DNA of 64,000 nucleotides from Pseudomonadota bacterium (GCA_041178425.1 JBEGVH010000009.1:209250-273249); one strand, 5' to 3'; positions 50,493-59,610 are shown, counted from the stretch's first letter. Numbers and translations are program-made. Notes: generated from the sequence alone by a model not told the origin.

Positions 50493-52540
50493 TTGCCAAA
50501 GACCCAGTATCGAAAAAAAATGTATCATTATCAAACGAACCCTCTTTATCGGGCTCTGAAACTGGAATTGCATTAATACAGATCACAATGATAATTGGGA
50601 TAATGTCTATCATTGCAATCTCAATCGCGACACTTTCAAACTCAAGTTTACAGGGTTTAAAACATATGCGAATGGGAAACGATCTTGACGCTTTGAAGGG
50701 TCTCATTAAACTCGCGCTAACTCGCCCTCAAACACCTCAGGAGGCACCTAAGAACGGTCCCCCATTTGATCCAGGCACTAAGGTTTGCTTGGCCACCCTC
50801 CCTGATCTAAAAAACTACAGATACGATGGTAAAGAATATCCTGCATCTCCCGATCAAAGTCTCCGAGTGGTTGGGCCCAGCGGAAATAACCTTCTTAGAT
50901 CGTTAATTGATTTACAAGCCAATAACAACCGACCCACTGATTATTCAATCAAAGCCCGATTGGTAAAAACGGTGGCCGCAAGTACACCCATTATTTATCC
51001 CGACCAAACGGGCTCTCCCAAAACCTATAATCTTTGGAAAACCAATATACTTATCGTCGGTGAAAAAGTAGCTGGTGATGACCAAGGGGGTAAAATCCTT
51101 CGAGGAGAAATACCTCTTGGCCTCATCACAGATCCTGCAACGGGTTACATTTTTGACTGTATCGTCGACCCAACAGACTACGAACAAATCTGCCGCACAC
51201 TGGGTGGCAAGTATGATATCACTAAAACTCCCAATTGCCTCCTGACCAGGGCGGCTGTTGCAGGCAGTTCTCCCCCACTCACGGAATGGGACAAACTTCC
51301 GAATGCACAAGGGTTTACAAATGGTGATCTGTTCACTGAAAACAGGATCCTCATTGGAAACACAGAACGCATTGATTGGTCATTAAACAATTGGCAAGCC
51401 GCGCGGTCCTTGTTAATCGGTGGCACCCAAAAAAACGGTATGACCCTCGGTCAAAATAAATCGAATGCCGTTGGAATATCTACAGACTTAAATAACTCCT
51501 CCATTTTTGCTATTTTTTCGGACATTGACTCCTCCAACGGAATTTTTCCGGCTGGCAAGGCGATCGTTCGAACATACGGCAGCCGACCATTTGTATTTTC
51601 TAACGTTTATCCATTGCAAAAACCCAATATTGATTCAGACCATTTGATCATGGATCCTACTAAAAAAATGCTCATTAATGATGGCCTTTTACTCGCTACT
51701 AATCCCGATAACAACCCAGGCCTGATGAATGGAAGCGAATCAATTCCACTCCTTGATAACGTAGGACTTGCAGCGGCCTATAGTGACGGACGACGAATCG
51801 CACTTGGCACAAATCAATCTTCGGATATGGGGCTTTGGAGCCGCAAATCAGGCCAAACCGACGGAGCTATTTATTTTTCGAGAACCCATAGTGCCATCGA
51901 TAGTAGTTTTGGAGGTTTTGTTTTTAAACATTACAAGGGGGGAGACCTTGTCTTTGTTCGAAAGCAATCTACCGATGGAGTTGCTATGACGATAAAAGGC
52001 AACAGTAACATTGGCATTAATGAATCTAATCCGCAGGCCCGTTTGCATATTAATGGAGTTGGCTCACTTGGTCTTCGCGTTGATGGCACCTCCACAATCC
52101 AAGGAGAGTTAATTGTTAATGGACCCACGTTTGTAGAAAACGACACCCGCGTCACGCGTGATATTTGGGGCAACCAAACGGTCTCTGCAGATTCTGACTT
52201 TCGCCTCAAAACGGCGATCAAACCAATTGAGGGAGCTTTAGAAAAGATCTTAAAACTAAACGGAGTTTATTTTCGATGGAAGAATCCCCTGCAGAGCCAA
52301 AAACGACAAATTGGCGTTATCGCTCAAAATGTCGAAGAGGTTTTTCCAGAACTTGTCATAAACAATCGAGATGGAACTAAATCGGTTGCCTACCAAAACT
52401 TAGTGGCTCCGATAATAGAAGCAATTCACACTCAAGATTCACTTCTCAGGGAAATTCGAGATAAAAATACCAAACTCAATGTAAAACTCGAAAAAATTCT
52501 AAAATGTCTAAACAAAGATGATACCACAAATAAAAAGTAA
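50489..52540 (+). CDS. Prepilin-like / fibre / peptidase-S74 protein 3
   Basis: G|IALIQITMIIGIM N-terminus; NIGINESNPQARLHI; SDFRLKTAI...GVIAQNVEEVFPELV. Confidence 0.88.
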   Translation: MIAKDPVSKKNVSLSNEPSLSGSETGIALIQITMIIGIMSIIAISIATLSNSSLQGLKHMRMGNDLDALKGLIKLALTRPQTPQEAPKNGPPFDPGTKVCLATLPDLKNYRYDGKEYPASPDQSLRVVGPSGNNLLRSLIDLQANNNRPTDYSIKARLVKTVAASTPIIYPDQTGSPKTYNLWKTNILIVGEKVAGDDQGGKILRGEIPLGLITDPATGYIFDCIVDPTDYEQICRTLGGKYDITKTPNCLLTRAAVAGSSPPLTEWDKLPNAQGFTNGDLFTENRILIGNTERIDWSLNNWQAARSLLIGGTQKNGMTLGQNKSNAVGISTDLNNSSIFAIFSDIDSSNGIFPAGKAIVRTYGSRPFVFSNVYPLQKPNIDSDHLIMDPTKKMLINDGLLLATNPDNNPGLMNGSESIPLLDNVGLAAAYSDGRRIALGTNQSSDMGLWSRKSGQTDGAIYFSRTHSAIDSSFGGFVFKHYKGGDLVFVRKQSTDGVAMTIKGNSNIGINESNPQARLHINGVGSLGLRVDGTSTIQGELIVNGPTFVENDTRVTRDIWGNQTVSADSDFRLKTAIKPIEGALEKILKLNGVYFRWKNPLQSQKRQIGVIAQNVEEVFPELVINNRDGTKSVAYQNLVAPIIEAIHTQDSLLREIRDKNTKLNVKLEKILKCLNKDDTTNKK

Positions 52541-52614
52541 AATTGGCCAATCCGCCAAAAGTGAGAGGCCCCACAGACAAAATTAACGTGCCACTTTAAT
52601 TAAAGCATCACTTT

Positions 52615-53568
52615 CTAGTTCGGATCGACCCTAAATGATCTATTTGCAGGCGTAACAAGTAAAACCCCTTTTAAATTTCTTACTGCCCCCGCCTGAACAT
52701 ACAGCGTATAGTTGTGACCATTGCACATGATATCTTGAAGCTTTGGTGCGCAGTGGGGAGTCGCTCGAACTGTCACCTTGTTGCCTGAGGCACTACACAC
52801 CCCGACTGGAACGTTGTACCCCACGGAGGTGTTGCGAAAATAAATCTTTGAACAATCAGCAATGGTGACGGGCTCATTAAAGGTAATCACGAAACCAGTG
52901 CCGCTCACAACGCCCTGATTTTGATAATAGAGCACCGAACCAATGCTTGGTCCCGGCACGGCATCAATCAAAGTGGACCGTGGTGGTGGTGGTGGCGGAC
53001 AAACCTTCGTGCAAGCTTGGGTTCTATTTGCAGGTCTTGGGCCGCAACAGTCGCCATTAGGAGCATTACAGTATGACGTTAAGATCTCAGTTCCGTTCTG
53101 CACACCATAACCACAAGTAGCACTGCAAGGACCAGCATTCCATGACCAGGCACAACAGCCTCCGTATGTTTGATTTGAAAGACACGCCCAAGTTCTTAGT
53201 TGGCCTACTTTATGGGGAATTAATCTTAAATCCACTGTCGTTCGGTTATCTGCAGGCCCCCATGAATACGTTTTTCGCAGTTGATTTATGTTAACGGTAT
53301 TCATTTTTCCAAAACAGCCTCGTTCTTCCCACCAGATAGTTTTATAAGGGAGGCTATTAATGGTGTAATCATTTGTTATTGCGGGATTATTGCAAGTCCA
53401 ATAGGTACAATTGGTGCCGCAGGAAGCCGTGCATCGATCATGGGGCTGTGGACAGTTATTGTTCATATTAGCCTGTGCCCGGGCATAGGGGCACATCGCC
53501 CAAGTGAGGCCAACAAATATCGATACAAAGAAGAATTTAAATCGCAAACCCCGACCCCTCGGAGCCAT
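52615..53568 (-). CDS. Secreted Cys-rich protein with a thrombospondin type-1-like repeat and a C-terminal Ig-like domain
   Basis: Signal peptide ending ARA; WSWNAGPCSATCGYGVQ; poly-Pro linker; ITFNEPV...YTLYVQAGAVRNLKG. Confidence 0.75.
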   Translation of the reverse strand: MAPRGRGLRFKFFFVSIFVGLTWAMCPYARAQANMNNNCPQPHDRCTASCGTNCTYWTCNNPAITNDYTINSLPYKTIWWEERGCFGKMNTVNINQLRKTYSWGPADNRTTVDLRLIPHKVGQLRTWACLSNQTYGGCCAWSWNAGPCSATCGYGVQNGTEILTSYCNAPNGDCCGPRPANRTQACTKVCPPPPPPRSTLIDAVPGPSIGSVLYYQNQGVVSGTGFVITFNEPVTIADCSKIYFRNTSVGYNVPVGVCSASGNKVTVRATPHCAPKLQDIMCNGHNYTLYVQAGAVRNLKGVLLVTPANRSFRVDPN

Positions 53569-53917
53569 GGACTTCTCCCCTTTACGAACCAGTATTTTCA
53601 TACTTATCAGAATCTCATTGAAGTCACTAATTCTGCAAATCATTTTATAGGCAGTCTCAATTTGAGGTTCGCTGAAGACTGAAAAATGTGAACATTCGAG
53701 CAGCTACCTTAACACAAATTCTTGCGCCGTTGGCACCAATTCTGAGACCCTGTGATGCTCGTTACGGCCGCACTCAACGCTAATCAATTAAGATAAGAGC
53801 TTCTTGACTCGCCCCCGGCACTTCAGTTAGCTAAAGGCTCCTAAAAAATCAGAATAAAATGAGAGTTCGCATGAGGGTGCTCGACTGTCTATTCTGAGTA
53901 ACCGTGGAGAAAAAAGT

Positions 53918-55984
53918 ATGGAAATGGAAACTTTATTGATGTCTCCAATTATCGTTGGAGTCGTTGGGTTGGTTGTGGCTTTAGGTCTTTACTTGAGAGT
54001 AAAGAAACAGCCCGCTGGAAACGAAACGATGAACCGCATCGCGGGCTATATTCGTGAAGGCGCGATGGCGTTTCTTGTGCGTGAGTACAAGGTTCTTGTT
54101 ATTTACGCTTTAGTCGTTGGCGCTGCCCTTTGGTACGCTTTAGGCGAGGTTGCTGCTGGCTCCTTTATTTTAGGATCTTTTCTCTCTTTATTAGCTGGTT
54201 TTTTTGGAATGAAAGCGGCGACCTATGCCAACGTTCGAACGTCTCAAGCGGCGGCGACGGGTTCAAAGGCTTCAGCCTTGTTGGTTGCTCTTGATGGCGG
54301 CGCCGTCATGGGTTTGTCAGTCGCAGGACTCGGACTTATTGGTCTAGCGGCTATTTATTATTATTTTGGTGATCAACCCGAATCAGTGGGCACTATTCTT
54401 CACTCTTTTGCTGTGGGTGCATCGTCTATAGCTTTGTTCGCTCGTATTGGCGGTGGTATTTACACTAAGGCCGCAGACGTTGGCGCTGATATCGCCGGTA
54501 AAGTGGTAGAAAACATTCCTGAAGACGATCCTCGTAACCCTGGTGTTATCGCTGATAACGTTGGCGACAACGTAGGTGACGTGGCCGGCATGGGTGCCGA
54601 TATCTACGAATCGATGGTGGCTGCCATTGTTTCTGCAATGGCCATCGCCTTGACTGTTCCTGTTGAAAAGCTCAATGGCTTGTTAGCTGACGGTAACTCT
54701 ACCGATCCAAGAAACATTGCCGTAGCATTGCCCTTGTTGCTCTCCACTTTAGGATTGTTAATTTCAGTTGTAGTCATTTTCTTGGCACGGCTTTTTAAGA
54801 ATGGCAAACCAGCAACGGTCTTAAGAAATTCGCTAATTGTTCCTCCCCTCTTTTTAGGTTTAGTGGCCTACGTTCTTATGCCTCTCTTTGGTTTATCACA
54901 AAACATTACGATGGCATTAATTGCGGGTACCGTTGGCGGAGCGCTCATCGGTTTGATTACCGAGTACTACACGGCGGCTCGCCCAATTCGTTTAGTGGCT
55001 GAAGCTTCTATCACTGGTGCAGGCACTGGTATCATCAGAGGTTTAGCTGTGGGAATGGAATCGTCAGCGCCTCCAATGATCGTCGTCGTTATTGCCGCTT
55101 ACATTGCCGATCAGGCCTTGGGTCTCTACGGAATCGCTATTGCGGCTGTGGGAATGTTGGCAGGAACAGCTGTGGTAATGACAGTTGATGCTTATGGTCC
55201 GATTGCTGATAATGCCGGCGGTATCTCTGAAATGTCGGGTTTAGGCAAAGAAGTTAGAGATATTACTGATGAGCTAGATGCAGTTGGTAACACCACGGCA
55301 GCAATCGGAAAAGGTTTTGCTATCGGTTCTGCCATTCTGACCGTTCTCGCCCTTTTCTCAGCATTTAACATGGAAGTGAACCATGTTAGACAAGTAGCCG
55401 GTAAAGCCGCGATGTCTCTCGATCTCACTTCTTCAGGAGTGTTGATTGGTATTTTGATTGGATCTATTTTACCACTATTGGTTGGTTCAACAACGATGAC
55501 AGCTGTTGGAAAAGCGGCTCAAAAAATCGTAAAAGAGATTGCACGTCAGTTCAAAGAAATCCCTGGTTTGCGTGAAGGCAAAGCAGAACCTCAACCAGCT
55601 AAAATTGTGGATATTGCAACTCAAGCGGCCCTCGTTGAGATGATCTTACCTGGATTGATTGCAGTTGTCTCTCCAGTGATTATTGGCTTCTGGCTTGGGC
55701 CTCAGGCTTTAGCGGGTCTTCTTGCCGGTGGTTTAGCCGTGGGCTCAACACTTTCTCTTTATATGGCCAACGCCGGTGGCGCTTGGGATAATGCTAAAAA
55801 GTTCATCGAAAAGGGCGGTCTCCCTGGTCACCCTAAAGGATCCGATACACATAAAGCAGCCGTTATCGGTGATACTGTTGGCGATCCATTCAAAGATACT
55901 TCAGGACCTGGCATTGCGATTTTGATTAAAGTAATGTCGGTCGTTTCTCTCTTGATCGCGCAATTGATTGCAACGATTGGCTAA
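53918..55984 (+). CDS. hppA: Membrane-bound ion-translocating pyrophosphatase (K+-dependent type)
   Basis: [39 protein letters not shown] and [10 protein letters not shown] motifs. GNTTAA (Ala rather than Lys) marks the K+-dependent subfamily. Confidence 0.96.
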   Translation: MEMETLLMSPIIVGVVGLVVALGLYLRVKKQPAGNETMNRIAGYIREGAMAFLVREYKVLVIYALVVGAALWYALGEVAAGSFILGSFLSLLAGFFGMKAATYANVRTSQAAATGSKASALLVALDGGAVMGLSVAGLGLIGLAAIYYYFGDQPESVGTILHSFAVGASSIALFARIGGGIYTKAADVGADIAGKVVENIPEDDPRNPGVIADNVGDNVGDVAGMGADIYESMVAAIVSAMAIALTVPVEKLNGLLADGNSTDPRNIAVALPLLLSTLGLLISVVVIFLARLFKNGKPATVLRNSLIVPPLFLGLVAYVLMPLFGLSQNITMALIAGTVGGALIGLITEYYTAARPIRLVAEASITGAGTGIIRGLAVGMESSAPPMIVVVIAAYIADQALGLYGIAIAAVGMLAGTAVVMTVDAYGPIADNAGGISEMSGLGKEVRDITDELDAVGNTTAAIGKGFAIGSAILTVLALFSAFNMEVNHVRQVAGKAAMSLDLTSSGVLIGILIGSILPLLVGSTTMTAVGKAAQKIVKEIARQFKEIPGLREGKAEPQPAKIVDIATQAALVEMILPGLIAVVSPVIIGFWLGPQALAGLLAGGLAVGSTLSLYMANAGGAWDNAKKFIEKGGLPGHPKGSDTHKAAVIGDTVGDPFKDTSGPGIAILIKVMSVVSLLIAQLIATIG

Positions 55985-56062
55985 AAAAGCCTTCTGATGG
56001 CGGTTGAGTGCCTCTCGCAAGAGGGGCCACAACCAATATCGGTTTTTCACCCACCAAAAAAA

Positions 56063-56085
56063 TGGGGCTCATCCTGAGCCCCAAA
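56063..56085. terminator. Hairpin between convergent hppA and the pilin-like gene
   Basis: GGGGCTCA-TCC-TGAGCCCC preceded by an A-tract; a second GCAA-loop hairpin lies at about 56002-56035. Confidence 0.6.
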
Positions 56086-56149
56086 ATAGAGGCCAGTGAG
56101 CGTGTCTGAAATCACCATTGAGTATCCGTCTCTTCTCTCTTTGTAGTCC

Positions 56150-57721
56150 TCAGAGAGGACTACAAAAAATCTTTAAATAATTCTCATAACAATTGGCTCC
56201 TCCACCGGAGTTTGATGACATTTGAACATTGATCGCCTTTGGGTAATAGCCGGCAATAGGAGTGCCCTCAACATGACAGCGTACGCTTTCAGCGCACGAT
56301 TCCGAACCCTTGGCAAAATTGAATTCTGTTGTTGGTGAATGTCGATTGGACTGCACAAGTCGCACACCTATACTTCTTTTAGAAGTCGCCGTACATTTAT
56401 GATCTGGGATGTGGAGCTCTCCACCTTTTGCTATAAATTTGGAAATGTAACATCCGTCATCACAAACACCTACTAAGAATCTAGAAATTTCCTCACCATC
56501 CACAGCCTTGTCTCCACCAAAGACTTTATCGTGGCATGTTGCAGCTCTACCCACTGGCTTCCACGTTGGAGGATTAGTTGCTGATCCATCGCCTCCACCA
56601 CAAATTTCCATCTGGTGAGTCACCTTATTGTAGCGAATCGCCCCTTCTGCATCAGTATTACAATTTACAGAATTTGTGTTTCCCACGATGACTTCACCAC
56701 TCACATCGAGTTTAGATCGTGGTGAATCTTTTCCAACTCCAACGTTTCCCGCGTTAGTAATCATAAGTCTTACCTTACTATTATTATCTGGCTCACTCGC
56801 GGTCATTGCCGTGTGCAATGCAATAGTACCAGGAGATTGGAGTCGAAGATTATGTCCGGGGTTTCCAACTCCGATACTCTCATAAGGATATGCCATATCA
56901 ACCCCTGTGCTTGAATGGCCAATAATGACACCATTTATCAAGGCACCTTCCCTGCTGTATAACCCCATGTTGGGTGTTGCCGCCTCCATATTTTCTCGAT
57001 CATTGAAATTATTGGCTATGCCTAACTTTTTCAGTAAACAGGGGGGTGATTTGCTCGGCTCGTATTGACCGCCTAAGACTTCACACATTGCCTTATAATC
57101 TTGAGAGGAAGTCGCACAATCATAAAAAGTGTTTGGACTTCCAGGCAGTGGTCCCGTTATTATCGAGATTGGAATTCTAGCCCTAATACTAATAGTTCCA
57201 GCAGGATCGTCAGATCTAATTCCATTAAGAGAAATAATAACTGAATTTTTATTGAAAGCTTTTAGAGTGCTATCCCTGCGATCAACAAGTTGTACGCTCG
57301 TGCCGGGCGCTGCGGGTGAAAACAACTTAGCTTCAATTCTGTAGCCACCGAGGGTATTTAGTAGAGTTTTTCCGTTCATCTGTATGTCACTCAAATTGAC
57401 CTTGGCGACTGGAGGATCTTGAAAGGGAAAATTATAGGTCGTAAGGGGTGCCCCGTTCACTTGAAGGGCGCTTCGACAAACCTCCGGCTCCGCAAGTGAC
57501 ATTTGTACGAGGTTTTGCACAGTTTGAAGATCGTTGCTCATTCGAACTTGCTGAAAACTGTTATTGCTGATCTTAAAAATCTCGGCGATGACCAAAATGA
57601 GAATTCCTAAAATGGCAGCACCGATGGTTACACTCGTTAAGGAGAATCCAAATTCATTTTTGAGTCGGCCTCGAAAAAGGTTCAGAAAACTAAGATCTCG
57701 TGATTCTTTTGAAGTCGCCAT
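56150..57721 (-). CDS. Prepilin-like adhesin, paralog of the 46-52 kb fibres but lacking S74
   Basis: G|FSLTSVTIGAAILG; shared YDC-x9-C-x2-LGG...PPC motif; GNVGVG..SP.SKLDVSG; C-x4-EGAIRYN..W linker followed by a Cys-rich C-terminal domain. Confidence 0.82.
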   Translation of the reverse strand: MATSKESRDLSFLNLFRGRLKNEFGFSLTSVTIGAAILGILILVIAEIFKISNNSFQQVRMSNDLQTVQNLVQMSLAEPEVCRSALQVNGAPLTTYNFPFQDPPVAKVNLSDIQMNGKTLLNTLGGYRIEAKLFSPAAPGTSVQLVDRRDSTLKAFNKNSVIISLNGIRSDDPAGTISIRARIPISIITGPLPGSPNTFYDCATSSQDYKAMCEVLGGQYEPSKSPPCLLKKLGIANNFNDRENMEAATPNMGLYSREGALINGVIIGHSSTGVDMAYPYESIGVGNPGHNLRLQSPGTIALHTAMTASEPDNNSKVRLMITNAGNVGVGKDSPRSKLDVSGEVIVGNTNSVNCNTDAEGAIRYNKVTHQMEICGGGDGSATNPPTWKPVGRAATCHDKVFGGDKAVDGEEISRFLVGVCDDGCYISKFIAKGGELHIPDHKCTATSKRSIGVRLVQSNRHSPTTEFNFAKGSESCAESVRCHVEGTPIAGYYPKAINVQMSSNSGGGANCYENYLKIFCSPL

Positions 57722-58021
57722 AAGATAATCTCCGAAAGTTATTATCTAGATGGTATCTGGAATTCAAAAGTTGTCGATATTTTAAAGGAAATGAAAAAGA
57801 ACAGATAACTGCGTTAACTTGTAACTCTTGACTTGTTTTTGTTACCATCTTCTTTAAAATTGCCCTTTTTCTTCCTCTTTTTTGCAATCTCGCGAATCTC
57901 CTATCGTTCTAATTGGCTTTTTTCAGATGGTCTGTTTTTTGCATAACCTATCTTCAATTGAAGTCTAGCGAGAGTTAAGCTAAATATATTACTGATAACG
58001 AAGGGTAATTAATCTTTATTT

Positions 58022-58441
58022 ATGAGAAACAATTTTTATTTCAAGGTTTTAGTTTCAGCTTTGATAACAGCAATCGCTGCGAGCCCTGCATCAGCCTATG
58101 TTTATGCAATTTGCAAAGGAGTTAACAGCAAAGTTAAAATGACTCCACACCAATCATACGGAAACCCACCGGGGGTTGTTATTCGGGCTTGGACCAGAGA
58201 GTATGAACGAGCTCAGTACCCCGATCTTTTCGAAGGATTCGTAGAGGCTAAAAATGTGAAGACTTTATTGGCACAGAAAAATATAAAGACAGTGGCATAT
58301 CCATCAAGTCTCACCTTAAAAAAGATTGTTCCGTCCGAACAGAACCCAGGACCAAGTCTTCTCTTTCGGGTGGCTATCGATAATGGGCATGGCCGAAAAA
58401 TTGAAGATGTTGTAGATTGTAGTTTATTAACCTATGAATAA
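58022..58441 (+). CDS. Small secreted hypothetical protein
   Basis: Signal peptide ending ASA; terminal Cys pair. Confidence 0.72.
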   Translation: MRNNFYFKVLVSALITAIAASPASAYVYAICKGVNSKVKMTPHQSYGNPPGVVIRAWTREYERAQYPDLFEGFVEAKNVKTLLAQKNIKTVAYPSSLTLKKIVPSEQNPGPSLLFRVAIDNGHGRKIEDVVDCSLLTYE

Positions 58442-58472
58442 AACTTCGACTCATTTTCACTAAAGATAAGCC

Positions 58473-59036
58473 ATGCAACAACTCTTAAAAGCTTCTAATT
58501 ATAGAAAAATGCCTTGGAAAAATAAAAAGGGTGTGACATCTGAGATCTATATTCACCCCCAAGAAAGCAACCTAGAAAACCTAAACTTCGAATTTCGATT
58601 GAGCTCTGCACCCATAATTGAAGACACCGTGTTTTCGAAATTTTCAGGCTTTGAGCGAATCCTGATTCCTATTAGGGGATCTGGGTTTATGCTGAACGGC
58701 CATATTTATGAAAAATTTGAAGCTGCGCACTTCGCTGGAGATGCCGACACCCATTGCGATTTAATCGAAGGAGAAGTGCTCGATCTGGGATTGATCTACG
58801 ATCCTCAATTCATGCAAGCACAAGTAAAGCTAATTAACTTCGAGAAGAGCTTAAAAATTACAACTTCAAAAGACTCTATTTTTCTTGTTTATATACTCAC
58901 CGGATCTGCAAGAATCGGCGACCAGGAAGGCCAAACGAATGACTGCTGGGTTGTTTCGCAATCAGAGAGTATACATTTTGAATCAAGCAAAAAAGCAATG
59001 TTGGCATTTTTCACCCTGAACCCAAAAACGAATTAA
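58473..59036 (+). CDS. HutD/Ves family cupin protein
   Basis: MPWKNKKGVTSEI, FRLSSA and FSKFSGFERIL motifs. Confidence 0.88.
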   Translation: MQQLLKASNYRKMPWKNKKGVTSEIYIHPQESNLENLNFEFRLSSAPIIEDTVFSKFSGFERILIPIRGSGFMLNGHIYEKFEAAHFAGDADTHCDLIEGEVLDLGLIYDPQFMQAQVKLINFEKSLKITTSKDSIFLVYILTGSARIGDQEGQTNDCWVVSQSESIHFESSKKAMLAFFTLNPKTN

Positions 59037-59192
59037 TTCCTCCAAAGAAAACCATTCACTGTCTGAAAGCAATGAGTGCGACCGCTTTACGATCTGGTAA
59101 TCCAATCACCGGACGTCAAACACCCCTCAATCGAGCTCACTGGTATTTCAAATTTGCAATAACAGCCCTCTGGCTGAACCACTCGAGGCCTT

Positions 59193-59370
59193 AAAAAAGA
59201 AACGACCCCCATTCTATGAAAAATGGAGGTCATTATGAAAAATCAGAACCACAACCTTGTTCTGATTCGACATATTTTGACTGTGGCTCAAGCGTTCTTA
59301 GGTCTAGTTTTACTAGCCCTAAAAATCTACGAGCTCTTAACCCAGCTTTTTTGAACTGCACGTTTGTGGA
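59193..59370 (-). ncRNA. Predicted cis-antisense RNA (candidate antitoxin), copy 1; 5' end approximate
   Basis: Minus-strand terminator GACCUCCAUU...AAUGGGGGUC-GUUUCUUUUUU; only weak promoter-like boxes at about 59372-59403. Confidence 0.5.
59235..59354 (+). CDS. 39-aa hydrophobic peptide (candidate type I toxin), copy 1: MKNQNHNLVLIRHILTVAQAFLGLVLLALKIYELLTQLF
   Basis: GGAGGT SD; start, stop and frame are conserved in copy 2, with synonymous and conservative substitutions. Confidence 0.75.
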   Translation: MKNQNHNLVLIRHILTVAQAFLGLVLLALKIYELLTQLF

Positions 59371-59584
59371 ACAGGTACGTTAACGGATGATTTTGTAAAT
59401 CAAATGTTTTTGTTCCCAATGAGGGAAGAGTGGTCATAGATCGCTCTTTCCTCAGCGCTCAACGGATAGGGCTTAAAACCCTGTGGGGCCTTTCACGGAG
59501 AGGCGAAGAGTGGTTCGGCCGCTTTGATTGCGATGATAAGATCGACCATAGTTCTTTAACTTTAGACTGCATCGAAAGACCTCC

Positions 59585-59608
59585 GTCCCCGCAATAGTCC
59601 CCGCAATA
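59585..59608 (+). repeat. 12-bp tandem duplication GTCCCCGCAATA x2
   Basis: Directly visible, ending 2 nt from the stop codon of the 59611-59928 gene. Confidence 0.85.
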
Positions 59609-59610
59609 AT

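Larger units (their letters stand above)
59082..59455 (+). repeat. Intergenic direct repeat, copy 1 (about 375 bp)
   Basis: Aligns by eye with 63624-64000 at an offset of 4542 nt, with long identical stretches. Confidence 0.95.

Noticed and set aside
46320..52540. Prophage tail-fibre cluster
   Set aside because: No capsid, terminase, baseplate, integrase or lysis genes nearby; the prepilin-like N-termini indicate cellular export.
46320..57721. Shufflon or diversity-generating retroelement acting on the fibre genes
   Set aside because: No recombinase or reverse transcriptase in the window, and I saw no sfx-like repeats or near-identical template/variable repeat pair.
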